Of a DNA stretch of 64,000 bases, positions 27,831 to 38,548 are shown one piece after another. The translations under genes and the position numbers were made by a program. The stretch's first letter is position 1. Each line of letters opens with the position of its first letter. Under the pieces are notes generated by a model. It had not been told where the DNA came from, ran no database searches, and saw only the letters and a list, made by a program, of their open reading frames with translations. The stretch is taken from NCBI GenBank assembly GCA_963703355.1, contig OY969813.1, forward strand, positions 800,564 to 864,563. The letters are read 5' to 3'. The DNA comes from an uncultured Bacteroidota bacterium (GTDB taxonomy: Bacteria > Bacteroidota > Bacteroidia > Chitinophagales > Chitinophagaceae).

Positions 27831-29363
27831 TTGATGCGTTTCCTTATAATCGCTATTCTGGTTATTGCGAGTAGTGCCCTGTATGCACAAAAGCCCTGTT
27901 ATCACCATTCCAGGCTTTATCTGTTTAACAGACATAATGAACCCAAACTATTTACCGATACGCTGGGTCGTCATCCCCAGTTTCCCTTTCTTCAGAGAAA
28001 GAACGGCATCACTACCCCTGAACTTTTTATAAAATCCATACAGGATAGCAATCAGCGGAAAAAATATAACCGCACGTTCCCTGCATTTGATTTGCTTCTC
28101 CGCAATTCAGGGTTCTGGAATGGCTATAAAGATCTCAATACTAAAAATATAAAAAAGGTCTATATAACACCGGGAACTGTCGGTAACCTTGGATTTTACA
28201 ATAAGGACAATGGTGAACTCAACTATGATTATGTAATACTAAATCCTGCAGGAGAAGCACCTGAAGGAATTGAAGCATGGAAACTCATTAATAAAAACGG
28301 ATGTTTTCTGTTTATTCTGTTCACTTGTGGTAATGCATGGTATCCCAATGGAGACGTGGCTGTCGCACCGGGCGGCGGTGCTGCTGTAGGTGTGGGTACC
28401 AATAACGGCAACTGCTGTAGAACAGTTACGGTAAGGACTACGGTAACTGCAGTGCCAACAGAAAAAGATTCCATTATAAGACCGGTACAGTTAAGGATGA
28501 ATTATTATCGCGGACAAATCACCTCCTCCTATAAGAAAGGCCGCATTTACGATACTACGTATGAGCTTATCCGTTATAAGGACACGCTGGTTCATTTTAA
28601 GGATCGAAGGATAATACCCGCAAAAGTAGATTCCTCCCTCAGATACAAAGTGTACAATCTCTGTAAGGACAGCCTGGTTCAAATGCGGATTCCGTTGGTT
28701 GGCGACAGCAGTTTACAAACCGACAGCGTTCATCCGGTTCATTATGTGCTCGCAGATACGGTGTTCGATAAACATGAAACAAAAGTTGAACCTACCTGCG
28801 ACAATAAATGGGAGATTTCCTTTGAAGGTGGAAATTCATGGAACAGCATTCCAAGATTAAACGATCCTGTTCAACACACCCAAACGAATGGCGGACAACC
28901 AACCGCAACGTTTGAGATATCGAGATTTCTCGCAACCTGGTTTCAGCTGGGATTATCGGGGTCATATGTAGTGCTTTCGTATCAGGACGATATTGCCTAT
29001 CCGGGGAACGTTCCCGGCACGTATAACACGGTGTATTTGGGAAAACCGATCATACCCATTCAGCTATTTGGAAAATTCAATTTTGGAAAACCAGTCGGCT
29101 GGCAACTGAGTATTTCTCCGAGATTCGGTTACTCCCTACCGTTAAATGGAAAAATTGTAGACAACGGTGTTACGCTGTCCACAAGTCCCAATTTGAAAGG
29201 CGACTTTACCGCAGGATTGAAATTCGCACTGGCTTATTACTTCTCCTGCCGGGTCGGTCTCGCAGTATCTTTTACCGGTCAATATTTCAATAACAAAAGT
29301 GATCTGATCGCCTACAGTCTCTGGGCTCTTCCCGTACAAGGCGGTTTGAGAATTAGGTTCTGA
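27831..29363 (+). CDS. secreted protein with a C-terminal outer-membrane beta-barrel-like region, function unknown
   Basis: 510 aa with signal peptide MRFLIIAILVIASSALYAQ. The last ~150 aa show an alternating hydrophobic pattern and end GGLRIRF. Confidence 0.45.
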   Translation: MMRFLIIAILVIASSALYAQKPCYHHSRLYLFNRHNEPKLFTDTLGRHPQFPFLQRKNGITTPELFIKSIQDSNQRKKYNRTFPAFDLLLRNSGFWNGYKDLNTKNIKKVYITPGTVGNLGFYNKDNGELNYDYVILNPAGEAPEGIEAWKLINKNGCFLFILFTCGNAWYPNGDVAVAPGGGAAVGVGTNNGNCCRTVTVRTTVTAVPTEKDSIIRPVQLRMNYYRGQITSSYKKGRIYDTTYELIRYKDTLVHFKDRRIIPAKVDSSLRYKVYNLCKDSLVQMRIPLVGDSSLQTDSVHPVHYVLADTVFDKHETKVEPTCDNKWEISFEGGNSWNSIPRLNDPVQHTQTNGGQPTATFEISRFLATWFQLGLSGSYVVLSYQDDIAYPGNVPGTYNTVYLGKPIIPIQLFGKFNFGKPVGWQLSISPRFGYSLPLNGKIVDNGVTLSTSPNLKGDFTAGLKFALAYYFSCRVGLAVSFTGQYFNNKSDLIAYSLWALPVQGGLRIRF

Positions 29364-29365
29364 TA

Positions 29366-29428
29366 GTTGACCCCCGCACGTGCAGGGTTGACGGTTGACA
29401 GATGACGGATGACCGTTGATTGTACTGC
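29366..29428 (+). repeat. 7-nt stutter tract starting 3 nt after the stop of the 510-aa gene
   Basis: GTTGACC cccgcac gtgcagg GTTGACG GTTGACA GATGACG GATGACC GTTGATT GTACTGC, all in one 7-nt phase. Confidence 0.85.
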
Positions 29429-29432
29429 ACTC

Positions 29433-29456
29433 CCATACTCCCATACTCCCATACTT
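29433..29456 (-). repeat. 8-nt stutter tract abutting the GMC oxidoreductase stop
   Basis: The minus strand reads TAG-GAAAGTATGG GAGTATGG GAGTATGG GAGTGCAG. Confidence 0.85.
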
Positions 29457-29458
29457 TC

Positions 29459-31153
29459 CTAAAGATTCCGCTTCCTGAGTTCCTCCACCGCATGATTCGC
29501 CGCACGCGCAGCAAATGCCATATACAAAATGGAAGGACTCTGATTGCCCGTGCTTGTCATACAGGCGCCGTCGGTTACAAAAACATTTTTGCAATGATGC
29601 AGTTGGTTCCATTTATTGAGTAGTGAGTCTTTGGGATCATTCCCCATACGGCAGCCCCCCATTTCATGAATATCGAGGCCGGGCGCCTGTTTGGTGTCGC
29701 GGGAATGAATATTTTTCACGCCTGCTTTTTCCAGCATCTCTGAACTCTGCGCGATAAAATCCAGCACCATCTTGTCGGCATTATCGTCATAATCAATCGA
29801 TGTCTGCAGTTGTGGTATACCCCATGGGTCTTTTAAATCCTTGCTCAAACTAAGATGATTCGATTCTCTTGGAATCGTTTCTCCCTGCATATACATGCCT
29901 GCGGCCCAGGGACCAGGTTCAGTGAGATTGTTTTTAAAGTCAGACCCAATGCCTTCAGGCATTCTGTCAAATGCAGCAGCGTTTCTGTGCGAATACACAA
30001 AAGTCAAAAATCCCCCCAGATAATCCGTGTCTTTCTTGTGCAGGTTTCTGTAGTTTGCAATAATCGGATTGGTAGGATTTCTTCCATACATGTATTTGTC
30101 TTCAAAGCCCGGGTACTCACCTCCTACTCCAGCGCGATAATTATGAAACGCCATAAATTTTCCGAGCAGCCCATTATCATTTCCCAATCCATTCGGAAAA
30201 CTCGAAGAGGTTGAATTGAGTAAAATTAAATTTGAATTGAGACAGGCAGCATTCACGAAAATGACTTTGGCAAAATATTCGGTTGACTCTTTTGTATTGG
30301 CGTCAATCACGCGCACGCCACTGGCTTTCCCCTTTTTCTCGTCGTATACAATGGAGTGAACAACTGAAAAAGGACGGATCGTGAGATTGCCCGTTTTTTT
30401 TGCCCAGGGTAACGTAGAAGATACCGAACTGAAATATCCGCCAAAGGGACAACCACGCGTGCACAGATCGCGCGCCTGACACTGACCGCGCCCCTGATCC
30501 AGATGAATCTGATTTGGTTTTGTAAGATGCGCCCAGCGACTGTGAACCATAAACCGGTCTGTATAATTTTCTTTTATTTTCTGTTGAATGGCAGTTTCAA
30601 CACAACTCATTTCAAACGGGGGAAGATAGTCACCGTCGGGCAGGGCTTCCAATCCGTCATTACTTCCGCAGATGCCCGCAAATCTTTCTACATGCCCGTA
30701 CCAGGGCGCCATCTCATTATATCTGATGGGCCAGTCGATCGCATATCCAAATCGTTTGGGTGAAGTGAATTCAAAATCACTCCAACGCTGACATGCCCTG
30801 CCCCAGGTAATGGACTTTCCACCAACCTGATAACCGCGGATCCAGTCGAATGGTTTTTCCTGCACATAAGGATGCTCTGCATCTTTCACAAAAAACTGAC
30901 GCGTGTCTTCCGTGAATGCATAACACTTGCTGATTACAGGATTCGCTTTTAATATTTCTTCCGTATTCTCACCGCGGTGTTTCATATCCCAAGGATTATA
31001 CATGGCGGTGGGATAATCTTTTAAATGCTCGATACTTCTCCCCCTTTCCAGCACCAGCGTTTTCAATCCAAGTTCACACAATTCCTTAGCGGCCCATCCC
31101 CCGCTGATTCCGGAACCAATTACAATGGCGTCATAAACATTTTTGTCTGGCAT
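29459..31153 (-). CDS. GMC-family FAD-dependent oxidoreductase
   Basis: 564 aa with N-terminal YDAIVIGSGISGGWAAKEL (FAD dinucleotide fold) and a C-terminal HEMGGCRMG...NVFVTDGA motif typical of GMC enzymes. Confidence 0.8.
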   Translation of the reverse strand: MPDKNVYDAIVIGSGISGGWAAKELCELGLKTLVLERGRSIEHLKDYPTAMYNPWDMKHRGENTEEILKANPVISKCYAFTEDTRQFFVKDAEHPYVQEKPFDWIRGYQVGGKSITWGRACQRWSDFEFTSPKRFGYAIDWPIRYNEMAPWYGHVERFAGICGSNDGLEALPDGDYLPPFEMSCVETAIQQKIKENYTDRFMVHSRWAHLTKPNQIHLDQGRGQCQARDLCTRGCPFGGYFSSVSSTLPWAKKTGNLTIRPFSVVHSIVYDEKKGKASGVRVIDANTKESTEYFAKVIFVNAACLNSNLILLNSTSSSFPNGLGNDNGLLGKFMAFHNYRAGVGGEYPGFEDKYMYGRNPTNPIIANYRNLHKKDTDYLGGFLTFVYSHRNAAAFDRMPEGIGSDFKNNLTEPGPWAAGMYMQGETIPRESNHLSLSKDLKDPWGIPQLQTSIDYDDNADKMVLDFIAQSSEMLEKAGVKNIHSRDTKQAPGLDIHEMGGCRMGNDPKDSLLNKWNQLHHCKNVFVTDGACMTSTGNQSPSILYMAFAARAANHAVEELRKRNL

Positions 31154-31183
31154 CGTTATCGTTTTACTATCTTAAAGCTAGGT

Positions 31184-31231
31184 AAAAACGTTGGCAGTTG
31201 GCCGTTGGCCGCCAACCGCCAACGGCCAACG
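31184..31231 (-). terminator. intrinsic terminator built from mirrored 7-mers
   Basis: The minus strand reads TAA-AC GTTGGCC GTTGGCG GTTGGCG GCCAACG GCCAACT GCCAACG TTTTT. The 13-bp stem GTTGGCCGTTGGC/GCCAACGGCCAAC is followed by a T-run. Confidence 0.75.
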
Positions 31232-31232
31232 T

Positions 31233-34200
31233 TTAAAGTATCGCCCTCAAGCTCGCTCTCCCCGTGTGAATCACTCCACCTTCACCGGGCTTGCGGCCCT
31301 CATAGGTGATATTGAGTTCCAGAAAACTACCCAGCTTGCGTGTGAGATCAAGACCCCAGATATAGTTTTTTCCTGGTAACAGTCCATCCAATAATATATA
31401 GCTGACCGTGGTATTCGTCGTGCCATTGTATTGAATACTGTTCAACGTGAATTTCGCCTGCACAGAAGTTGTCTGAACGATGTTGTATTTCACGAGCGTG
31501 TTCACTGAACTGGAATAGGAAGTTTGTCCTCCGTACATCTCAGCATTTTTCTGCGGGTTGTACATATACCCAATACTGATGCGCAGATTGGCGTTTCTCG
31601 TATAACTCAGATCCGGAGCAATCGAATATTCACTGATGCTGTAGTTGCTGCTGTCGAAGTTTGAATTACTCGCATTCAGGTAATTAGTACCTCCCTTAAA
31701 AACGGTATTCAGTATAAACGCTTTGTTGATATTCCATCGCGTACGTACCGTCCATTCAATCAGCGACTGCGTCTGGTATCCATACGTCAGCAGCGCCTTC
31801 GACACATTGCGATTGTTGCTGACATCAAATCCCCAGCGCGGATCCAGTTTGTTATAAGAGAATGAATTCACGAAAATCGTACTTCTGCTGATCAGCGATG
31901 TATCATTCAAGGGTGACTTAAACGGATTGAGTTGTACAAATCCCGTAGCTAGTTCTTTCTGATTCAGCTGAAGTGATGACTGCAAGATCATGTTAGTCAA
32001 AACCTTTTTGAATCCCGTTGCCCTCGGCCCATATAACAATCTCGGATTGATCGTAAAACTGTAGTTGAACGTGTTGTAGTTTGCTTTTACATAATCGTTC
32101 GTAGGCGTGAACACACGGATATAAGTGGCCTGATCGGTAAATTGTGCCAACACAAATTCATTCAGCTGCTGTATGCCATCGCCGTTCAGATCGATCCAGG
32201 TGTATTGACCCGTTCCCGCCGGCACAGCCACATAGGTGTAGTTTTGTTTTTGCTCCTGTCCCGATCCCACTTCATACAACATGTTGCCCGTTACCATACT
32301 CTTCCACTCGTGCATGGAATATTCGACGCGTGACAGCAAACTCTGATCTGGCTGCTGCGTACTCACACTATCATTGATAACCTGCAGATTCCTGTACGTC
32401 GCACTGATCCTCACCTGTTCATTTTTATTTTTTGTGAGTTCTGTTGTCACACTCACATTCTGACTGCGATTGGCAAGCGCGAGATTTTTTCCATAGGGAT
32501 AAGCATCCTGACGATAGAAATAACTGATGCCCCATTTGTTCGGCGATTTATCCGGCGACTTCAGATAGGCCTGAAAAATACTGAATGAATAACTGTCTGT
32601 AGAAACAGAATCCGTCGCTTTGCTGCGTTGCACATTCTGTTCAACAGAAAAGTTAATGCCCGTCGTATAGTTACCTAGTTTTTTCAGCGTTCTGGATATA
32701 TCAAATGTGGGAAGAAACAGATATCCGTTATTGATAGATCCGCGATCGATAGTAAATGCTACCTGATCATTGAAATGCCATCCGTTCACATTCAGCGTGT
32801 GTCCAAGCACGTTGCGAATACCCGAAAAATCCTGATTTCTATTATAACCCGACAGCTCATAATGAACTTCGTTTTTCAGTGTATCCGTTAATTTAAATGC
32901 TGCTTTATAAAATGTTTCATTGGCCTTCGGCGATTGCAGCGGAAGTCCCCAGTCGCGCAGGAATTCCACAGGACGAATGGGCTCTAGTGGCGCAAAACGA
33001 ATATCATTGTATTCGTACGACAAATAAGAACTCATGATCCATCTCGGCAGAATAGATTTCAATATATGAAAATTCTGCAGCGTGAATTTAGCAGCACTAC
33101 CCGCGTCATTTTCTTTGTCTTTTGTTGAAAGTGTATTGATGTCATAACGACTTCGCGCAACATCCGCAGTAACGGTTGTTTCTTTCGAAACCTTATAATC
33201 AATTCCACCCGTGATCACCTGCTGCGTCTTGGGAGTAACGAGAAATTCTGCTGCTTCAAACTGTCCCTGCTTGTCTCCATTCTGTGGCGCAACCCACACG
33301 TACACATTCCCATTAAGTCCCTGCGTACTTAGCACATAGTTTCCGAGACCCTGACCCACGTCCGAAAAAGAAAGATTGTACAGTGGAACAGATTTGTTTG
33401 CTGAAACAACAAAAATTGAATCATGGGTCACAAGTCCGTTGGCCGCCTTATACGTGGTATCAATTTTTTGATACAGTATCGATCCTACATTCTGTCCTGT
33501 GTCCAGCGGCTGCACCGGATAAAATGCATTCTGAATACTGTCGCCCAGTTCATTCAGAAATTTAATACGACCTGGATCGAGTGTCTGACTGATGGGTGAA
33601 TTTCTCGCATCGCTGTTGCTGAACACAGCGAATCTCAACCGAAGATCTTTGTTGATCTGTGCCACATCGGCTAGATATAAATTCACGTTGAGATAATTCT
33701 GATTCGAATATTCGAATTCAACCTGAATACGACTGTCTTTAGTTATTAAATGTTTGGGTGTAAAGGTGACTTCTGCAGTGTTGTAATTGATCGTGTAATC
33801 CTGATCCTCTCCTCTCTGTAACAGCGCGCCATCGAGATATACTTTTTCTGTTCCCGCCAGTACGATAAAATACAATTCATTATTTGCTCCCTGCAAACGA
33901 TAAGGTCCCTGATTTCCTTCTTCACCCTGAAATATATTTTTGTTGAATGTTCCCTTGGCAATAGCACCACTGAATGTTACTTTATTAAGTCCTTGGTCTC
34001 CGATTTTGGAAATGGTTTCAAATGTTCCGCCTCGTAGTCTTTTATAAAAAGAAAGAAAATAATCGTCGGTCTGTCGCAGATCAATATCTCCCATACGCAG
34101 CAACCAGTTTTTCTTTTTGAACTGAACATAGATCTGATCGAAATCACTGAGCTGCGCCGTGGTTCCATCGGGCTGAATGGGAATATTATTGTCGGTGATG

Positions 34201-34748
34201 GCAGCAGATATTTCTATAGAGTCTGCGAGGTATCCGCTAATCTGCAAATTCAGATTGGAAGTAACTACCGCATCCTGCGCATTACCAAACGAAATGGCCC
34301 TGCCGAAACTTCCATTGTAAACGATATTACCGAAGTTGAAAAAATTATCCTGATTGTATTTTTCGTCTTTACTATACGACGAAGGCTGGATCATGAATTT
34401 ATCCATCACTTTACTGTAGTCCAGCCGCTGCACCGTGTTATTATACTGATAAGGAAACAGTCGGTATTGAACCAGTACACTGTCGAGATTGGGTTTCCGA
34501 ATCCAGGTGATCGTGGAATGTACGTAGTCGATTTTATAGGCACTATCGGAGATGCCCGACACGATCAGACTGCCCGGCACCATACTCAGGGAATCCATCT
34601 TCTGGGAGTTGCCCGCGATGTGTAAATAGCGACGATGAAGATTCGAAGTAATCGGGGAAGGAACCTTGGGTTTTACACCGGGCTGCTGGGCGCTTACTTT
34701 ATTCAACAACCCACAGAAAATCAATCCTATAAGCAGCCATTTGGTCAA
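31233..34748 (-). CDS. large (1171-aa) predicted outer-membrane beta-barrel protein, family not recognised
   Basis: Signal peptide MTKWLLIGLIFCGLLNKVSAQ, then very long Asn/Tyr/Ser/Thr-rich alternating beta-strand-like sequence throughout. No enzyme motifs were seen. Confidence 0.5.
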   Translation of the reverse strand: MTKWLLIGLIFCGLLNKVSAQQPGVKPKVPSPITSNLHRRYLHIAGNSQKMDSLSMVPGSLIVSGISDSAYKIDYVHSTITWIRKPNLDSVLVQYRLFPYQYNNTVQRLDYSKVMDKFMIQPSSYSKDEKYNQDNFFNFGNIVYNGSFGRAISFGNAQDAVVTSNLNLQISGYLADSIEISAAITDNNIPIQPDGTTAQLSDFDQIYVQFKKKNWLLRMGDIDLRQTDDYFLSFYKRLRGGTFETISKIGDQGLNKVTFSGAIAKGTFNKNIFQGEEGNQGPYRLQGANNELYFIVLAGTEKVYLDGALLQRGEDQDYTINYNTAEVTFTPKHLITKDSRIQVEFEYSNQNYLNVNLYLADVAQINKDLRLRFAVFSNSDARNSPISQTLDPGRIKFLNELGDSIQNAFYPVQPLDTGQNVGSILYQKIDTTYKAANGLVTHDSIFVVSANKSVPLYNLSFSDVGQGLGNYVLSTQGLNGNVYVWVAPQNGDKQGQFEAAEFLVTPKTQQVITGGIDYKVSKETTVTADVARSRYDINTLSTKDKENDAGSAAKFTLQNFHILKSILPRWIMSSYLSYEYNDIRFAPLEPIRPVEFLRDWGLPLQSPKANETFYKAAFKLTDTLKNEVHYELSGYNRNQDFSGIRNVLGHTLNVNGWHFNDQVAFTIDRGSINNGYLFLPTFDISRTLKKLGNYTTGINFSVEQNVQRSKATDSVSTDSYSFSIFQAYLKSPDKSPNKWGISYFYRQDAYPYGKNLALANRSQNVSVTTELTKNKNEQVRISATYRNLQVINDSVSTQQPDQSLLSRVEYSMHEWKSMVTGNMLYEVGSGQEQKQNYTYVAVPAGTGQYTWIDLNGDGIQQLNEFVLAQFTDQATYIRVFTPTNDYVKANYNTFNYSFTINPRLLYGPRATGFKKVLTNMILQSSLQLNQKELATGFVQLNPFKSPLNDTSLISRSTIFVNSFSYNKLDPRWGFDVSNNRNVSKALLTYGYQTQSLIEWTVRTRWNINKAFILNTVFKGGTNYLNASNSNFDSSNYSISEYSIAPDLSYTRNANLRISIGYMYNPQKNAEMYGGQTSYSSSVNTLVKYNIVQTTSVQAKFTLNSIQYNGTTNTTVSYILLDGLLPGKNYIWGLDLTRKLGSFLELNITYEGRKPGEGGVIHTGRASLRAIL

Positions 34749-34796
34749 TCAACACGGTTTTTCTTAAAATGCGGAAACGGGTCATTTATTGTGCAC

Positions 34797-35294
34797 TCAC
34801 TGATCCAGCTCCGCCAGCAGACTTTTTACATTCAACGCTTCTGTGAACATGGTGATATTTCCTTTTTCATCCACCGGCCATAACTCGCGTGGACGATCCC
34901 AGTAGAGTTCCACGCCATTGCCGTCGGGATCATTCAGATAAATAGCTTCTGAAACCCCGTGGTCCGACAAACCCGTAAGCGGATATTCGGCATCAATCAG
35001 GCGTTTCAATATAAAAGCGAGGTCCCTGCGGGTGGGATAAAGAATAGCGGTATGAAACAATCCGGCTGAATGCTGTGGAGCAGGTGGCGCATTTTTCGAG
35101 TACCAGGTATTCAGCCCGATATGATGATGATAACCTCCGGCAGAGATAAAAACCGCGTCTGTCCCATACTGGGTGATAATCTCGAAACCCAGTAAATCAT
35201 GATAGAATTTGAGTGAACGCGGAATATCCGCCACTTTAAGATGTACATGCCCGATGCGGGTACCCGAAGGAACGATGTAGGGATTGTCTGACAA
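34797..35294 (-). CDS. VOC-family (glyoxalase / extradiol dioxygenase fold) protein
   Basis: 165 aa with HVHLKVADIPRSLKFYHDLLGFE, GYHHHIGLN and DPDGNGVELY. Confidence 0.7.
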   Translation of the reverse strand: MSDNPYIVPSGTRIGHVHLKVADIPRSLKFYHDLLGFEIITQYGTDAVFISAGGYHHHIGLNTWYSKNAPPAPQHSAGLFHTAILYPTRRDLAFILKRLIDAEYPLTGLSDHGVSEAIYLNDPDGNGVELYWDRPRELWPVDEKGNITMFTEALNVKSLLAELDQ

Positions 35295-35391
35295 ACAGTA
35301 AAAGTTTAAAGGTTTGAGTCAACTACAAGGCGCCTCCGACTGCGCCAGTATGCGAATGTACAAGACTATTTTTCAGGATCCGCGGTTGCCT

Positions 35392-35429
35392 CCATAACCC
35401 ATCTCCCATTTCCCATAACTCATAACCAG
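35392..35429 (-). repeat. 7/8-nt stutter tract abutting the ABC-F stop codon
   Basis: The minus strand reads TAA-TCT GGTTATGA GTTATGG GAAATGG GAGATGG GTTATGG. It shares an 18-nt core with 25009-25026. Confidence 0.8.
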
Positions 35430-35430
35430 A

Positions 35431-37146
<1,716 letters not shown>

Positions 37147-37191
37147 TCAGACCCTGAAAAAGCAACGTTTTCTACCCGAAACCTGTCATGG

Positions 37192-37611
37192 ATGGAAACG
37201 AACGGACGGATGAAAAATGTTTTGGGTTTTATTTTCCTGCTGACCAGTATCGCCTCCTGCACAAAAAATACTGATTCCAGCCCTGCCATTTCGGGAACTT
37301 ATGTGGGTACTTACACTAGAAACCTGGGTGATTCCAGTTACAATTCCAACATTAAATTTGTTTTTTTAAGCAATGTTTTCTCGGGCACTTCTACTTCAGA
37401 GGACTTTCCGATTATCTGTCCCGGTACCTTTCAAACCACGGCGGACTCCATACTATTCAATAATCCCTGCGTCCTTCCAGGGAATATAAACGAGGCCTTT
37501 ATGTTGATGGGCAATTACAAACTCGTTGTGAGCGGCGACAGTGTAACCTTCAGTCGTATTATGGGTGATTTTATTTATGAAGAAGACATTTACAGACTGA
37601 AAAAACAATAG
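37192..37611 (+). CDS. small lipoprotein, function unknown
   Basis: 139 aa with a lipobox-like LLTSIASC after a hydrophobic leader. Confidence 0.5.
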   Translation: METNGRMKNVLGFIFLLTSIASCTKNTDSSPAISGTYVGTYTRNLGDSSYNSNIKFVFLSNVFSGTSTSEDFPIICPGTFQTTADSILFNNPCVLPGNINEAFMLMGNYKLVVSGDSVTFSRIMGDFIYEEDIYRLKKQ

Positions 37612-37624
37612 CCCTTCCACACCT

Positions 37625-37632
37625 TAAATTTG
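37625..37632 (+). promoter_or_regulatory. candidate -7 box (TAAATTTG)
   Basis: TAnnTTTG match 29 nt upstream of the GTG start at 37661. Confidence 0.35.
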
Positions 37633-37660
37633 CCGGGGAATAATAGCAAATCAACCAACA

Positions 37661-38101
37661 GTGGTAGAAATAATCATTAAGTCAGGCAAAGAAAATATGG
37701 ACGTAAAGTCAATACACAAATTTTTGTCGGAGGATTCTTATTGGGCCAAAGGCATAACATTCGGACTGGTTGACAAATCACTCGATCATTCATTTTGCGT
37801 AGGTGCATTTGCAAATGATCAGCAGGTTGGTTTTGCACGACTTATTACTGATTATTGCACTTTCGGATATTTGGCTGACGTGTACGTTTTACCTTCATAC
37901 CGTAACAGAGGCATTTCAAAGAAAATTTTATCCTTTTTAATGAGTCAGGAATGGAACAAACGACTCAGGAGACAAATGCTGAGCACCAGCGACGGGCATG
38001 GTTTGTACCGACAATTTGGATATAAAGAACTTGGTAACCCTTCCAATATAATGGAAGTACATCGCCCTAATGTATATTTAGAATATTCACAAGAAATCTA
38101 G
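37661..38101 (+). CDS. GNAT-family N-acetyltransferase
   Basis: 146 aa. VGFARLITDYCTFGYLADVYVLPSYRNRGISKKIL matches the acetyl-CoA-binding core of GNAT enzymes. Confidence 0.75.
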   Translation: MVEIIIKSGKENMDVKSIHKFLSEDSYWAKGITFGLVDKSLDHSFCVGAFANDQQVGFARLITDYCTFGYLADVYVLPSYRNRGISKKILSFLMSQEWNKRLRRQMLSTSDGHGLYRQFGYKELGNPSNIMEVHRPNVYLEYSQEI

Positions 38102-38112
38102 AATTAGGATCT

Positions 38113-38472
38113 ATGCTAACAGATATCAATCCGAAACTTCCGATGCGAAATAAGAATGTTACGAGAGATTTTTATCTGAACAAATTAGATTTTCAGGAAT
38201 TTGGTAATGCGGATTACGATGGTTATTTGATGGTGCAAAAAGACAATATTCAATTGCACTTTTTTGAATTTAAAGATCTCGATCCTAAAGAAAATTATGG
38301 CCAGGTATATATTCGAACGGATGATATAGATACATGGTATCAAATGGCCTTGCACAAAAAATTGCCTATGCCGAAAGCCGGTCATCTGCAAATCAAGCCA
38401 TGGCCACAAAAAGAATTCTCCTTACTCGATCCCGACAACAACTTGCTCACATTCGGACAGGCCATATTATAA
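38113..38472 (+). CDS. small VOC-family protein (bleomycin-resistance/glyoxalase-like)
   Basis: 119 aa, with size and C-terminal ...FSLLDPDNNLLTFGQ typical of single-module VOC proteins. Confidence 0.5.
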   Translation: MLTDINPKLPMRNKNVTRDFYLNKLDFQEFGNADYDGYLMVQKDNIQLHFFEFKDLDPKENYGQVYIRTDDIDTWYQMALHKKLPMPKAGHLQIKPWPQKEFSLLDPDNNLLTFGQAIL

Positions 38473-38531
38473 TAATTTTAAACGTGGAAAGCATCCGAAA
38501 CCATCCACTTCTCTTCTTAACTTAAATACAT

Positions 38532-38539
38532 TATTTTTG
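38532..38539 (+). promoter_or_regulatory. candidate -7 box (TATTTTTG) for the tRNA gene
   Basis: TAnnTTTG match ending 10 nt before tRNA position 1. Confidence 0.45.
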
Positions 38540-38548
38540 CGCGAAATT

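Noticed and set aside
29142-29623. 156-aa minus-strand and 67-aa plus-strand ORFs spanning the convergent gene junction and stutter tracts.
   Set aside because: They overlap the ends of two supported CDSs and the repeat tracts, and their translations are repeat-derived or antisense.
31025-31379. 94-aa and 62-aa plus-strand ORFs across the GTTGGCC hairpin.
   Set aside because: They run antisense to the GMC gene start and the 1171-aa gene end and through the palindromic terminator (…WPLAANRQRPT…), so they are repeat-derived.
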